From: Histomonas meleagridis 2922-C6/04-290x
Taxonomy: Eukaryota > Protista > Parabasalia
Assembly (NCBI GenBank): GCA_020184695.1
Contig: JAANOX010000047.1
Location: 124,001 to 188,000 of the forward strand
Length of the DNA stretch: 64,000 nucleotides
Direction: 5' to 3'
Made by a program: the position numbers and the translations under genes. Below, piece after piece: positions 37,798 to 49,043 of the stretch; the stretch's first letter is position 1; each line of letters begins with the position of its first letter. The notes below the pieces were generated by a model. The model searched no databases and had not been told where the DNA came from. It saw only the letters and a program-made list of their open reading frames with translations.

Positions 37798-40463
37798 CAG
37801 AGAGCGGAATGAACCGGTAGTCATTGAATTGGCCGTATAGTGGATTTGAATACATCACGGTTTTTTTGAATCACCATTTGGTCATATGAAGTCATATAAA
37901 CTATTCAAATTTATTATCACTTCATCTTTCTGATGTAAACCATAGAAAAAAATGCTATTCAAAACTGAATAGAAAAAATAAAAACAAAAATATCTCGTCG
38001 AATATTAATAATTCACTGACTAAAATATCAAACATATTGAACTTTATAAGAGTAAATTTTAGAAATAAATTATAAACATATTTTGACTAATTTTACTTCC
38101 TTCTTACAAAATGGAATTATTAGCTTATATTTTATCATTTCTTAAACCAACAAAATTGTCTAACTGAACAAAATAGATCCAACATTGTTTATGTAAAATG
38201 TTATATTCATTTTTAACATATATAACAATAAAATATTTTATGCTAATTGTTTATTTAGCGATATTTTTCGTCCGAGTGGATTCTTTTGATTCCATTGGTA
38301 TTTTCTATGATCAGATTCGGAACAGGTGTCAAAATTCCCCCCATTTTTTCAGTATATGCATAGAAAAATTCGATATCACACTTCATTTTTTATATAGAAT
38401 GAACTGGTTCAATGGTCGTCAAACTCCTATTATTCTCTACTTCATAAACAAATTTCAAGTTTTCCAGGCTTCCATTCAAATGGTGATTATTTACCAAATT
38501 TCCATTTTGAATTTTGTCATATAATTCAGGAAATTTGGTTCTTAGGGAAGTGTCCATTGCATATTGACTAGATAAATAGATTTTTGGATTTAATGGATAT
38601 AATCCTGAGGCTCTAAACCCGCTTTGAATATTATCAATTGAAGCAGCTTCTGATAATGCAGATACCAGACATTTTATCATCATAATTCTTATAGCTTTGA
38701 GATCCCTCTGAGTTTCATCAGTACCACCAAATAAACTTAGCTCATATTGCAATAACTTTTTCTTATATATTGGCTTCAATGGTGAAGCTATAGCAACATC
38801 AAAAGGCTGTAATAAATGAGAAGTATGCCCAGGAAATACTAATATATCAATCCCAAACATCTCAAATAATCTTGCAACATTATAATTGGCCCTACTTTTA
38901 TGTCCATCAACCAGCAATAGAATCCTCTGTTTTCTCAGTTCTGGTTTAAGCTGAAGTCTATTAATTTGAATTTCAGCTAAGAATGTATATGCCCAGTAAG
39001 TAAATAGTTTTTTGTTGGTCCAACCTGTTGGTGATGTTGCAAAATGCTCAAGTTCTTTGACTTCTTTAAGCCCACTTAATGTTTTTTTATCCTTTATAAT
39101 AAACAATGGTTTCATAACATATCCACTTGCAGATATCGTTATACAAGCAATGATGTGTGGAAATACTGGAGATGATTCTGTGAATGGGATTTTGCCTTGA
39201 GTTACCAATACCTTTTATTTCTGTTGTGATGAAACCATAGTTTCATCCATGTTAAAAATTAATGCAGGATCCCTTTTAAGTAGGTGAGAATGCTTGGAAA
39301 AAATGCCTTCTATTGCAACTTTATCACAAGCAATTCTTCTTAATGTTTCCAATTCAGCAGCAGGAACCACATTTAGATTATTTGCTTTAGCCATTTTTTG
39401 AAGCTAAGTTACATCAGGATGTATTTCTCTCACTCTCGTTAATATTTTTTTGCAGTTGCATATTTCCAATAGTTTTCTGGCTTTTTCAGCTCTCTTTTTT
39501 ATGAGAGTTGTTGCTATTTTCATTGCCTCACATGTTGACAAACAATTTATATCATTTTCTCTTTCATGAACTATATCTATAAACTTATTCATATCCAAAT
39601 CAGGAAAGATTGGCTCCCCACCTCCCTTTAAGTTTTCGTCCCAATATTTCCCACAAGCTGTTCTCAATAATATTCGTCCAACCACTTTATCACCACATAA
39701 TTTATGCTTCTCTCTTATTTGTGCGAAGGTCTTTCCAGTAAGTTTTTCCATGTAAATCATTACCTGTTTCGTAGAAAGGATGGATTCGTTAGTCGATGCA
39801 TTTATCAACTCCCGTATTAAATCGGTTGCACACTGAGGATTATTTATTATAAAGCTATTTAGCAGGGCAAACATTTTCGTTCTCTTCTCTTATCTTTTTT
39901 CTGTCTCCTTATTAGAAGAAACATTAGTAGAAACAGGAGATGGATTCACAAATTGGGCAAGATTTGGATGTTGAGAAAGGATGCATTTATTAATATCTGG
40001 AATAAAACTTCTATCATTATTATGTGTGCTAAAAGGAGCTTGTACTGTGATATTTTGAGGTTGCGAACTTGAAAAATAATTTTGATCATTTCCAGATCTT
40101 TTCCCAATCTGGAATAAAACTTGTATTATTATTACTTGTACTAAGAGGAGCTTGCAGAGCAAAATTTTTTGCTCTGACATTGTAAGAAAGATGTCATTTC
40201 ATTCTTAAAAATAATTCTATTGAACTGTTATCAATTCTATCAAAAAATCAAATGTAAAGTTTACAAAACATAACGTTTTTACTCAATTGGCCGTATAGTG
40301 AAATTGAATGTATCAATTCACATTTTCCTCTCAATTATTGTATCGTTTCTATCGGAAACCCACTTTTTCTACATAACTGTTCACATGATGCTATGAATTC
40401 TCTGTGCTATCACAAATCCACTATACGGCCATTCAATCCACTATAGGGCTATTCCGCTCTCTG
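37798..40463 (-). mobile_element. Full-length pogo-like DNA transposon
   Basis: TA-CAGAGAGCGGAAT ... ATTCCGCTCTCTG-TA termini; subterminal GGCCGTATAGTG repeats at 37831, 40289 and (inverted) 40419. Confidence 0.9.
38390..39874 (-). pseudogene. pogo-like DDE transposase with two in-frame stops
   Basis: One frame across both ORFs: PDVT*LQK...IFNMDET..QQK*KVL, then LLVDGHKSR and FPGHTSHLLQPFDV. Confidence 0.85.
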
Positions 40464-40537
40464 TAATTATGTTGAAAGTTACATCGTATTTTAAACGGCA
40501 TTATATTCAAAAAGTAACGTCAAAAACGTACCATTGA

Positions 40538-41176
40538 ATGAATTCGTACACAGATGAACCTGAACCTGATATGCTAATCAAAATCATACTTGTAGGCGAT
40601 TCTGGTGTTGGTAAAACAAATCTGCTTTCACAGTTTGCCCGGAACTTATTTAATCAAAATTCAAAGACAACAATTGGTGTTGAATTTGCAACAAAAACAC
40701 TGGAAATTAATGGTAAGATAATCAAAGCACAAATTTGGGATACTGCTGGACAAGAACGTTATAGGGCTATCACATCTTCTTATTACAAAGGGGCTCAGGG
40801 TGCAATGATTCTTTACGATATTACATCATCAATTTCATTCGAATCCATTCCTAAATGGCTTTCTGAACTTAGAAATAATGCAGACGAGCATATTCCAGTA
40901 ATGATTATCGGAAACAAATGCGATCTTGATGAATCAAGATCTGTTAAACAGCAAGAAGCTATACAGTTCGCAGAGCAAGAAAAGTTGCTTTTTATAGAAA
41001 CTTCTGCTGCAGAAGCTACAAATGTTCAAGAAGCATTTCAACAACTATTGGAGTCAATTATCGATTTTAACACTAAACTAACCAAAGGAAAAGGTTCACC
41101 ACCAAAGAGGGGCGTGTCAATTAGAGGCGATGATAAAGAAGCAGAAACAGAGAAAAAGAAAGGATGCTGCAAATGA
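40538..41176 (+). CDS. RAB11: Rab11-family GTPase
   Basis: [48 protein letters not shown]-terminal CCK. Confidence 0.9.
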   Translation: MNSYTDEPEPDMLIKIILVGDSGVGKTNLLSQFARNLFNQNSKTTIGVEFATKTLEINGKIIKAQIWDTAGQERYRAITSSYYKGAQGAMILYDITSSISFESIPKWLSELRNNADEHIPVMIIGNKCDLDESRSVKQQEAIQFAEQEKLLFIETSAAEATNVQEAFQQLLESIIDFNTKLTKGKGSPPKRGVSIRGDDKEAETEKKKGCCK

Positions 41177-41447
41177 CATTTTAATTCATTAAATAATTCT
41201 TAACATAAATTTCTCAATTTCTTAGTAAAAACGTTCTTTAGCTAAATAAATTTAACATGTTTTTTTATTGATAAACCATAGCTATGGGACATAATTTAAT
41301 GATGAAATTGTATCTTTATTAATTGAAAAATTGAATTGTTGACACCACCCAATTTATTTCGAACCCGTTGTTTCCAAAAAATGCCATTTTCCAATGTAAC
41401 CAAGGTTATTGTAGTAAAAAAAATGCCATTACTAGAATTGCACTGGG

Positions 41448-42629
41448 ATGAGCACATTAAAGATAAACTCCTATTCAGATCTAATTGCACTTACAGATAT
41501 AATTTATAACATAAACATAGACAATATTGATGCATCTGTTTCATCATTATGCGAATTTTATGATTATTCACGAACATATTCATTCAACTTGATCATCTGC
41601 CGTTTCATTTATACTTTATTTGTAGCAAAACTGAAAGATATAGATATAATAATTAAGTTTTTGAATTCAATTGAACGAAATATTAATAAAAATCAAATTA
41701 ATATACTTGACAAATCCAATATTTTTGATATATTTTCACGTTTACTTCTCAACATTGATACACAAGAAGCGAATTATCTTCTTTATAACATGATTGAACA
41801 TAATTTAATTGAGCCAAAAATTGTCCAAAACAAAAGGAATTTATATTTTATACATTATATGCCAAAAGAATTAATTAATAATAATAAATTTGAATCTAAG
41901 TATATCAATAAAACAAAAGGAAATTACGATGAGTTATCAAAGAATGATTGGGAACTTCATAAGCAATTAATTAAAGAAGGAGTTAATCCAAATGAAATTG
42001 CGAAAATACTTCGAAATGATGAAATCGAAAAACTTCAAGAAATATCATCACAAAATGATTTTGATTTTAACCAAACAATTGAACCATCACTTTATGAAAG
42101 ATATTCATTTATTAATCAAAGAAATGTTACATTAATTGATTATGCAGCATTTTTTTCTTCAGTTAAATGTTTTAAATATTTACTTTTGAATGGTGCAAAT
42201 GTAAAAAATACAGGTCAATATGCTGTTGCAGGTGGAAATGAAGAAATTATTCATTTATGTGAACAAAATCATTCATCATTTTTTAAAGCATATGAAACAG
42301 CAATTGAATTCCATCGAAATAATATCTTTAAATATCTTTGTGAGAACAAATTAAAAGAAATTAATAATTTAGAAGTATTAGGAGTTAAATGTATTTTATT
42401 TGATAATTATGAAACATTTTCATTTTTACTTCAAGAAGGAATGCAAATCAATGATAACATTATTATTACAACAGCAAATGTTGGAAATATATTTTTAGTT
42501 GAATATTTTCTTAAAGAACATTCAATTCCGCATGATATATTTGTATTTTCATCAGGATCAGGAAATAATGAACTTGTTGAATACTTTTTAAAACAAGAAG
42601 GAATTGATATTAATGCTAAAGATATTTAA
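41448..42629 (+). CDS. N-terminal ORF of ankyrin cassette gene 1 (DUF3447-like plus first ankyrin)
   Basis: LIDYAAFFSSVKCFKYLLLN, AVAGGNEEIIHLCEQ; ends at IDINAKDI* at the first spacer. Confidence 0.85.
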   Translation: MSTLKINSYSDLIALTDIIYNINIDNIDASVSSLCEFYDYSRTYSFNLIICRFIYTLFVAKLKDIDIIIKFLNSIERNINKNQINILDKSNIFDIFSRLLLNIDTQEANYLLYNMIEHNLIEPKIVQNKRNLYFIHYMPKELINNNKFESKYINKTKGNYDELSKNDWELHKQLIKEGVNPNEIAKILRNDEIEKLQEISSQNDFDFNQTIEPSLYERYSFINQRNVTLIDYAAFFSSVKCFKYLLLNGANVKNTGQYAVAGGNEEIIHLCEQNHSSFFKAYETAIEFHRNNIFKYLCENKLKEINNLEVLGVKCILFDNYETFSFLLQEGMQINDNIIITTANVGNIFLVEYFLKEHSIPHDIFVFSSGSGNNELVEYFLKQEGIDINAKDI

Positions 42630-44446
42630 TTGTTTTATTGATTATTTATTTTAATAATTTTATATTTCAAAATAATATATGGAAATTATATAAAATATTT
42701 GATACAGCACTCATTAAAGCTTCTGAAAAAGGTCACTCAGAAATCGTTAAATTACTTCTTGAACAAGAAGGAATTGATATTAATGCTAAAAATATTTATT
42801 TGTTATATTTATAATTTATTTTAATAATTTGATATTTCAAAATAATATTTGGAAATTATTTAAATTATTTAATACAGCACTTCGTGTTGCAGTTAGAAAT
42901 AATAATACAAAAATAGTTAAATTACTTCTTGAACAAGAAGGAATTGATATTAATGAGAAAGATATTTATTTGTTTTATTTAAAATTTATTTTAATAATTT
43001 GTTATTTCAAAATAATATTTGGAAATTATATAAAATATTTGATACAGCACTTATTTTAGCATCTTATAAAGGTCATATAGAAATAGTTAAATTACTTCTT
43101 GAACAAGAAGGAATTGATATTAATTCTAAAGATATTTATTTGTTTTGCTTAAAATTTATTTTAATAATTTTATATTTCAAAATAATATTTGGGAAATATT
43201 TAAATTATTTAGGACAGCACTTATGAAAGCATCTTCAAAAGGTCATACAGAAATCGTTAAATTACTTCTTGAACAAGAAGGAATTGATATTAATGAGAAA
43301 GATATTTATTTGTTTTATTTGATATTTCAAAATAATATTTGAAAATTATTTAAAATATTTCAAACAGCACTTATTAAAGCATCTGAAGAAGGTCATACAG
43401 AAATAGTTAAATTACTTCTTGAACAAGAAGGAATTGATATTAATGCTAAAGATATTTAATTGTTTTATTGATTATTTATATTAATAATTTTATATTTCAA
43501 AATAATATTTGGAAATTATATAAAATATTTGATACAGCACTTATTTTAGCATCTTATAAAGGTCATATAGAAATAGTTAAATTACTTCTTGAACAAGAAG
43601 GAATTGATATTAATTCTAAAGATATTTATTTGTTTTGCTTAAAATTTATTTTAATAATATAGAATTTCAAAATAATATTTGGAAATTATTTAAATTATTT
43701 GAAACAGCACTTATGTATGCATCTGAAAAAGGTCACTCAGAAATAGTTAAATTACTTCTTGAACAAGAAGGAATTGATATTAATAATAAAAATATTTATT
43801 TGTTTTATTTGAAATTTATTATAATAATTTGATATTTCAAAATAATATTTGAAAATTATTTAAAATATTTAAAACAGCACTTATTTTTGCATCTTTTAAT
43901 GGTCATACAGAAATAGTTAAATTACTTCTTGAACAAGAAGGAATTGATATTAATACTAATGATAAAATTTATTTTAATTATTTTATGTTTCAAAATAATA
44001 TTTGGAAATTATTTAAATTATTTAGAACAGAACTTATGTATGCATCTTATAATGGTCGTACAGAAATAGTTAAATTACTTCTTGAACAAGAAGGAATTGA
44101 TATTAATGCTAAAGATATTTATTTGTATTATTTAATATTTATTTTAATAATCTGATACTTCAAAATAATATTTGGAAATTATATAAAATATTTGATACAG
44201 CACTTATTAAAGCATCTCAATATGGTCATACAGAAATAGTTAAATTACTTCTTGAACAAGAAGGAATTGATATTAATGCTAAAAATATTTATTTGTTATA
44301 TTTAATTTTTATTTTAATAATTTGATATTTCAAAATAATATTTGGAAATTATTTAAATTATTTAAAACAGCACTTATGTTAGGATCTGAAAATGGTCATT
44401 CAGATATAGTTAAATTACTTCTTGAACAAGAAGGAATTGATATTAA
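42624..44446 (+). repeat. Ankyrin cassette array 1 (11 cassettes, 170-nt period)
   Basis: Thr codons at 42704, 42874, 43044, 43214, 43364, 43534, 43704, 43874, 44027, 44197, 44367; last cassette truncated. Confidence 0.93.
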
Positions 44447-44559
44447 AAGATGGTAGATAAAAATTTTTTAAGAGATAAAACAGGAATAATGATGAAGTGA
44501 GAAAAAACACATTCTTCATTTTTATCTAAATGTACTAAATAATAATCAAAAGTAATATC

Positions 44560-44812
44560 TGCATATAAATACCTATATGTCAATTTTTTTGAAACAATTA
44601 TTATTAGTAATACAACAAAAATAATTAAACAAGAAGCATTTTATAATTGCTCGAATTTAAATACAATTTATATCGTTGAAACTGTTACTTGTATTGAGAA
44701 GCTTGCATTTCAAAAATGTGAATGTTTACAATGTGTTTATTATGGTATTGAAGAACAAATAATTATTGATGGAACAAATGTTTTTTTGGATTCTCAAAAG
44801 GCAGGTATATAA
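44560..44812 (+). pseudogene. BspA/TpLRR remnant
   Basis: ETIIISNTTKIIKQEAFYNCSNLNTIYIVETVTCIEKLAFQKCECL. Confidence 0.7.
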
Positions 44813-45535
44813 TGCGGTCGATCTTGACAAAGATGGCATCTTAGAGAAATTATGTTACTTATTGCACATATAAAAACGGCATATCTTCCTAATGATCAAA
44901 TAAAAGTTTTAGTTGAAACAACAGTTCAAAACTTTGATTATGATAAAAAAGGAACTAATGATTTCGATACTTTTGCAACTAATATTTCTAAGTATTCATT
45001 TTTATCTAACATTGGAATATTTGATTTGTATGCATATTTATCAAATGATAGCAAGAAGTAATTTTAGTTTTAGATAAAACTTTTATGATTCGAATTAAAC
45101 ATTTTCACCATTTATATTTTTTTATTGTAAGGATTAAACACTTCAAAATATTTAAGATTTTTTTCATGGAATAAATATAAGAAAATAAGAAAGTAAAAAA
45201 TAATATAACAAATAAATGTATTAATATATTATGGAATTTTCTATTTGTAATAAAAAAAAATATTATAAATATCATATAAAGTTCCAACAAATATTAGTAT
45301 TAGATTTCTGTAAATCGTTTTTTCACTTATAGCTATAATTTACTATTTGTAATACAACAAACCATTTCAAAGCTAATGCATGGCGATAATCCATGATCCA
45401 CCTATTAAGAACAATGATAATTCCATTTATAAAGCTAATTTATCTTTGCGATAATTTTTCTTTTAAGAAAAATATCACACATAATAATTACGCAACATCC
45501 AAAACACAAATCAAATCATCTTTAACATCATTTAC

Positions 45536-47268
45536 TCAGTTCCATCTAATTGGGCTGACTTCAGAGTTCGGGTCGAATGACTGTCCGCAGTGTCCGCACT
45601 TTCTGTTTCTTGCCTTTATCCTTTCTTTCATGCACTTGCTGCAGAACGTGTGACCGCACTTCGGTATCACTGTGTCGCGCGGGTTCTCGTGGCACACGCA
45701 GTATTACTTCTCCTTCAGGTCGTTGAACTCTTCGTCTTCCGAATCGTTTTCGACGTTACTTTCGTTATATTTCTTTGGGTTTTTTCTCTGCGCGGAGTTT
45801 TGATTCTTCGAATTGTTTTTGTTTTTCATTTAATTTATATTTTATGTTTTCGATTTCTTTTCGTATTTTGTTGTTATTATTTTGTTTCTCATCAATTTCT
45901 TCTTTAACATTTTCGAATTTCTTTCGCAGTAACTCTTTCTTCGGCTATTTGTCTATTAATCAGTTCATTAATTGTTCGAATTGATGCGGAAATATACTTT
46001 CGAATGTTATCGAATTCAGTATTTCATTCGTGTTGTTGATAGTGGTTAAAAGGTCATTGTTCATTGCGTCTAATTCCATTCGTATCTCATTATATAATGT
46101 TTCATTCTCTTGTCACTTCTCCATTACTTGTGGAACTGTATGTTTAAACATTTCTTCACGTGACTTTTCTGCATTTTCATGACATAACTCAATTTGTTTA
46201 ATTTCATTTTGAATATCTTCCTTAGAATTAGCATAACGTTCAAAACTCATTCTTCGTATCGTTCGTCGGTTAGAAGATTGTGTAAAGTCCTCAAAAACTC
46301 GGCTTCACTTTTTGAAAACTTTAACGGGTTCCACTCCGGCGGTTTGTCAGACGGTTTGCCAAATCCAATGGACAGTTTTAATGCCAAAAAGACGATCAGA
46401 TATTTTTGTGTGAAAAAGTGGACAATTTTTAGCTTCCAATGGTCAAATTTTTGTGGCCAGCACTTTAAGATAGTTTTATTTATATTAAACAGACCACAAA
46501 CATTCTGCAGCTGAGATCAAATATTTACCTGATTTAGTCCATTTCACAGGTTTCTTTAAGAGATTTTGTAAAAATAAAATTTTACGATGTGAAACATAAG
46601 ACCTTATATCATTTTGAAGGACCATTTCTTTTTCATGGAAATCAATTTTAGGTAAAACAAAACATTCATTAAATTTTTCTTGTGTTTCTTTGAACCGTTC
46701 AATTAAATCACGGATTTTACGAGAATAAATTAAAATATTATTACGCGCAATAACAGAAATATATGACAAAGAAGCCATTAATTCTTGATGTTGTGGTAAA
46801 TTATGAAGAATATCTGATGATGGAAAATTTGAATTCTCCATATATTCATTATATATATTAGGCATCGATTAAGGATTGCGAAAGTTCTTTTTCTGTTCGT
46901 TTTAATTCTTCACAATATTTGTTGATGTTGTTTTCCGAAAAATTACCATTAAGATTTGCATCAATTTCTTGGATAATTTCATAGGTTGGTTTAAACCCTT
47001 TGATATTTTCATGACTGCTTATTTGAAATGTGAGTTTAGATTCTATTTTTTTCAAAAAATTTTTTATATCATCTAATTGTTCTTGCTTTTCTTCTTTGAT
47101 TGCTTCATCAATATATCCTGCATCAATTATTATAGGAAATGATTCAATATGATGAGAAAATGCTTCATTTCGACGATGAAGAATATTATAAAAAGCATCA
47201 TGAGACAATTGAAAAGATTCTATTGCATCTTCATTAGGCGAAATGACCTGCCAAATTTCTTTTGTCAA
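45536..47268 (-). pseudogene. BRE1-like coiled-coil plus C-terminal RING-HC ligase pseudogene
   Basis: K*YCVCHENPRDTVIPKCGHTFCSKCMKERIKARNRKCGHCGQSF (TAA at 45704-45706); upstream coiled-coil fragments; linkage of upstream ORFs is inferred. Confidence 0.6.
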
Positions 47269-48136
47269 TGCTTGTTCTAGTTCAATAAATCTTGTTTTAT
47301 TAAGTCAGTAGCTGGCGCAACAAATTATGAACAAAGATTATATTGATAAGCAATTAAAGACGCAATTCCCTCAAAAAAATTCCTTTCGTTTTCTTGAATT
47401 GTTTCTGTTTTCCTCAAAGTAGATCCTCAATTGCAGCAAAGTCGTGTCAGGTGTAGGAATATTCTTACTTCAAACCGCCAATTTAGGAATAAACGGCCGC
47501 AAACACATCAAATAACGGTTTTGTCGCATCAAATTAAAAAAAAAAAAAATTTTTATGTCATTTTACAAGATACCACACTACCGTCTGTTCTGGGTGAAAA
47601 TGTCTTTCTCAGGTGAAACTCACTTTTTTTCCCCTTACCCTTCTTTTCTTGGATCAGTTTCCGAATCTTCTTCATATTGAAAGAAAATCTTCACTGTGAA
47701 ATCATCAAGTGTTATTATCATAGGGGCCCTTATTTCTTTTTTCTAGACATTGATTGCTTGTCCCATATAAAATGAATTGACAAAAATTCTGATTTTTTTT
47801 ATTTCGGTAAGTGAAGTTCACCGATTGTAATATTGTTGAGGAAAAATTCGATTTTGGGCATTTAAGTGCACTAAAGATGAAATATCCTTCATTTTAAAAC
47901 TTAAAAGAACCATTTAGATACAAGCAAATAGAAAGAGGAAATTAATAATAAATTTATTCAAAATTATAGTCATTAATTATGCAAAAATCAACAATCTGTG
48001 GTTCGTTTCAAAGTTAGTAGCTTCGATTTGTGCTTGTGCTTAAATTTAGGTGAAAAATCTTTTAAATGATAATAATAATAATAAAATTTTGTGAAACTTA
48101 AAATTTACCAGGGTACAAAACATACCAGAACACGAG

Positions 48137-48664
48137 CTAGTTTATGTTATTATTATTATTTAAGGTTGTTAATAATTGTGGAAGAAGATTGGGATCAATT
48201 GATTGCTGAATAGAATCCATAACTTCTTTGTTTTGCATGCAAAATTGAAGGACAAATGTAATTATGATACGTTCAGCATTGAATAACGGATTAATATTTG
48301 AATATCCATCTACATATGTTTGTTTCTGTCTTTTTCTGAGAGTCTTATTTTTGCTCTTTTCGTAATGGTAATCTGGGTTGATAGCTTTGAACTCTGTATG
48401 AATTTGTTTTGCTTTTTCTTTATATGGTTGGCGTTGAGCTTCATCCATTGACTGCCATTTTTTCCCAAGCTCTTTTGAAATTTCATTCCCAGACATATTT
48501 GGGTTAGCTACTTTTAATTGTGGTTGCTTCTCCATAAAAAATAGATTATATGCATTAGGTGGACGCCTGGGTTTTTCCATTTTTGAATTGCTTGCACGCA
48601 AAGTTCCTCCTGATGGGGACATTATTGTTCTCATTGTTTCCTCCAAAGAAGCATCGAAGCACAT
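48137..48664 (-). CDS. HMG-box (SOX/MATA-type) DNA-binding protein
   Basis: KPRRPPNAYNLFFMEKQPQLKVANPNMSGNEISKELGKKWQSM...PDYHY. Confidence 0.92.
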   Translation of the reverse strand: MCFDASLEETMRTIMSPSGGTLRASNSKMEKPRRPPNAYNLFFMEKQPQLKVANPNMSGNEISKELGKKWQSMDEAQRQPYKEKAKQIHTEFKAINPDYHYEKSKNKTLRKRQKQTYVDGYSNINPLFNAERIIITFVLQFCMQNKEVMDSIQQSIDPNLLPQLLTTLNNNNNIN

Positions 48665-49043
48665 TTTAAAAAAAAAATACGATAGAAACCTTCAAACCGC
48701 TTTTAAAAGGTGGAGAAACCGATTGCATGTAAACAATAGAAAATCCAACTAATTTCAAAACACCCAAACAACTTTTTGAAGTGTTTTAATTTTTTGCATA
48801 AAAACGATTGGATACATTGAAGCCTTTGAGAAATTAAATCATAATTTGGTATATGCATTGATGGATAAATGCTATTTAGTGTTTTTATGTCAATACTTTT
48901 TTTTTTGTATACATTTTTAATTTTCATAAAATGTCTCAACATTTTAAAGAATGAAAAATCGATTTTTCAAACCAAACAACAAAAGAAATTTAAAATCATA
49001 CATAAAAGAAATTACTATATTTATATGATAAACAAAGTTATCT

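Noticed and set aside
43452-43535. Spacers as U12-type AT-AC introns (ATATTT...AC)
   Set aside because: Removal of 84 nt leaves 86 nt, out of frame; no ATATCCTT or TCCTTAAC consensus
42624-44446. Ankyrin spacers as canonical GT-AG introns (conserved TTGT near the 5' end and ACAG at the Thr-Ala codons)
   Set aside because: That excision removes 76 nt and leaves 94 nt (frameshift), would retain TAA/TAG in some copies, and ACAG is not conserved in array 3 (ACT CCT, ACG GCA); no ACTAAC branch motif
30845-45706. Stop-codon reassignment (TAA/TAG/TGA read as sense) suggested by in-frame stops in Merlin, pogo and RING frames
   Set aside because: Conserved housekeeping genes end normally in TAA, TAG or TGA, and reassignment cannot fix the 80-nt (non-3n) spacers
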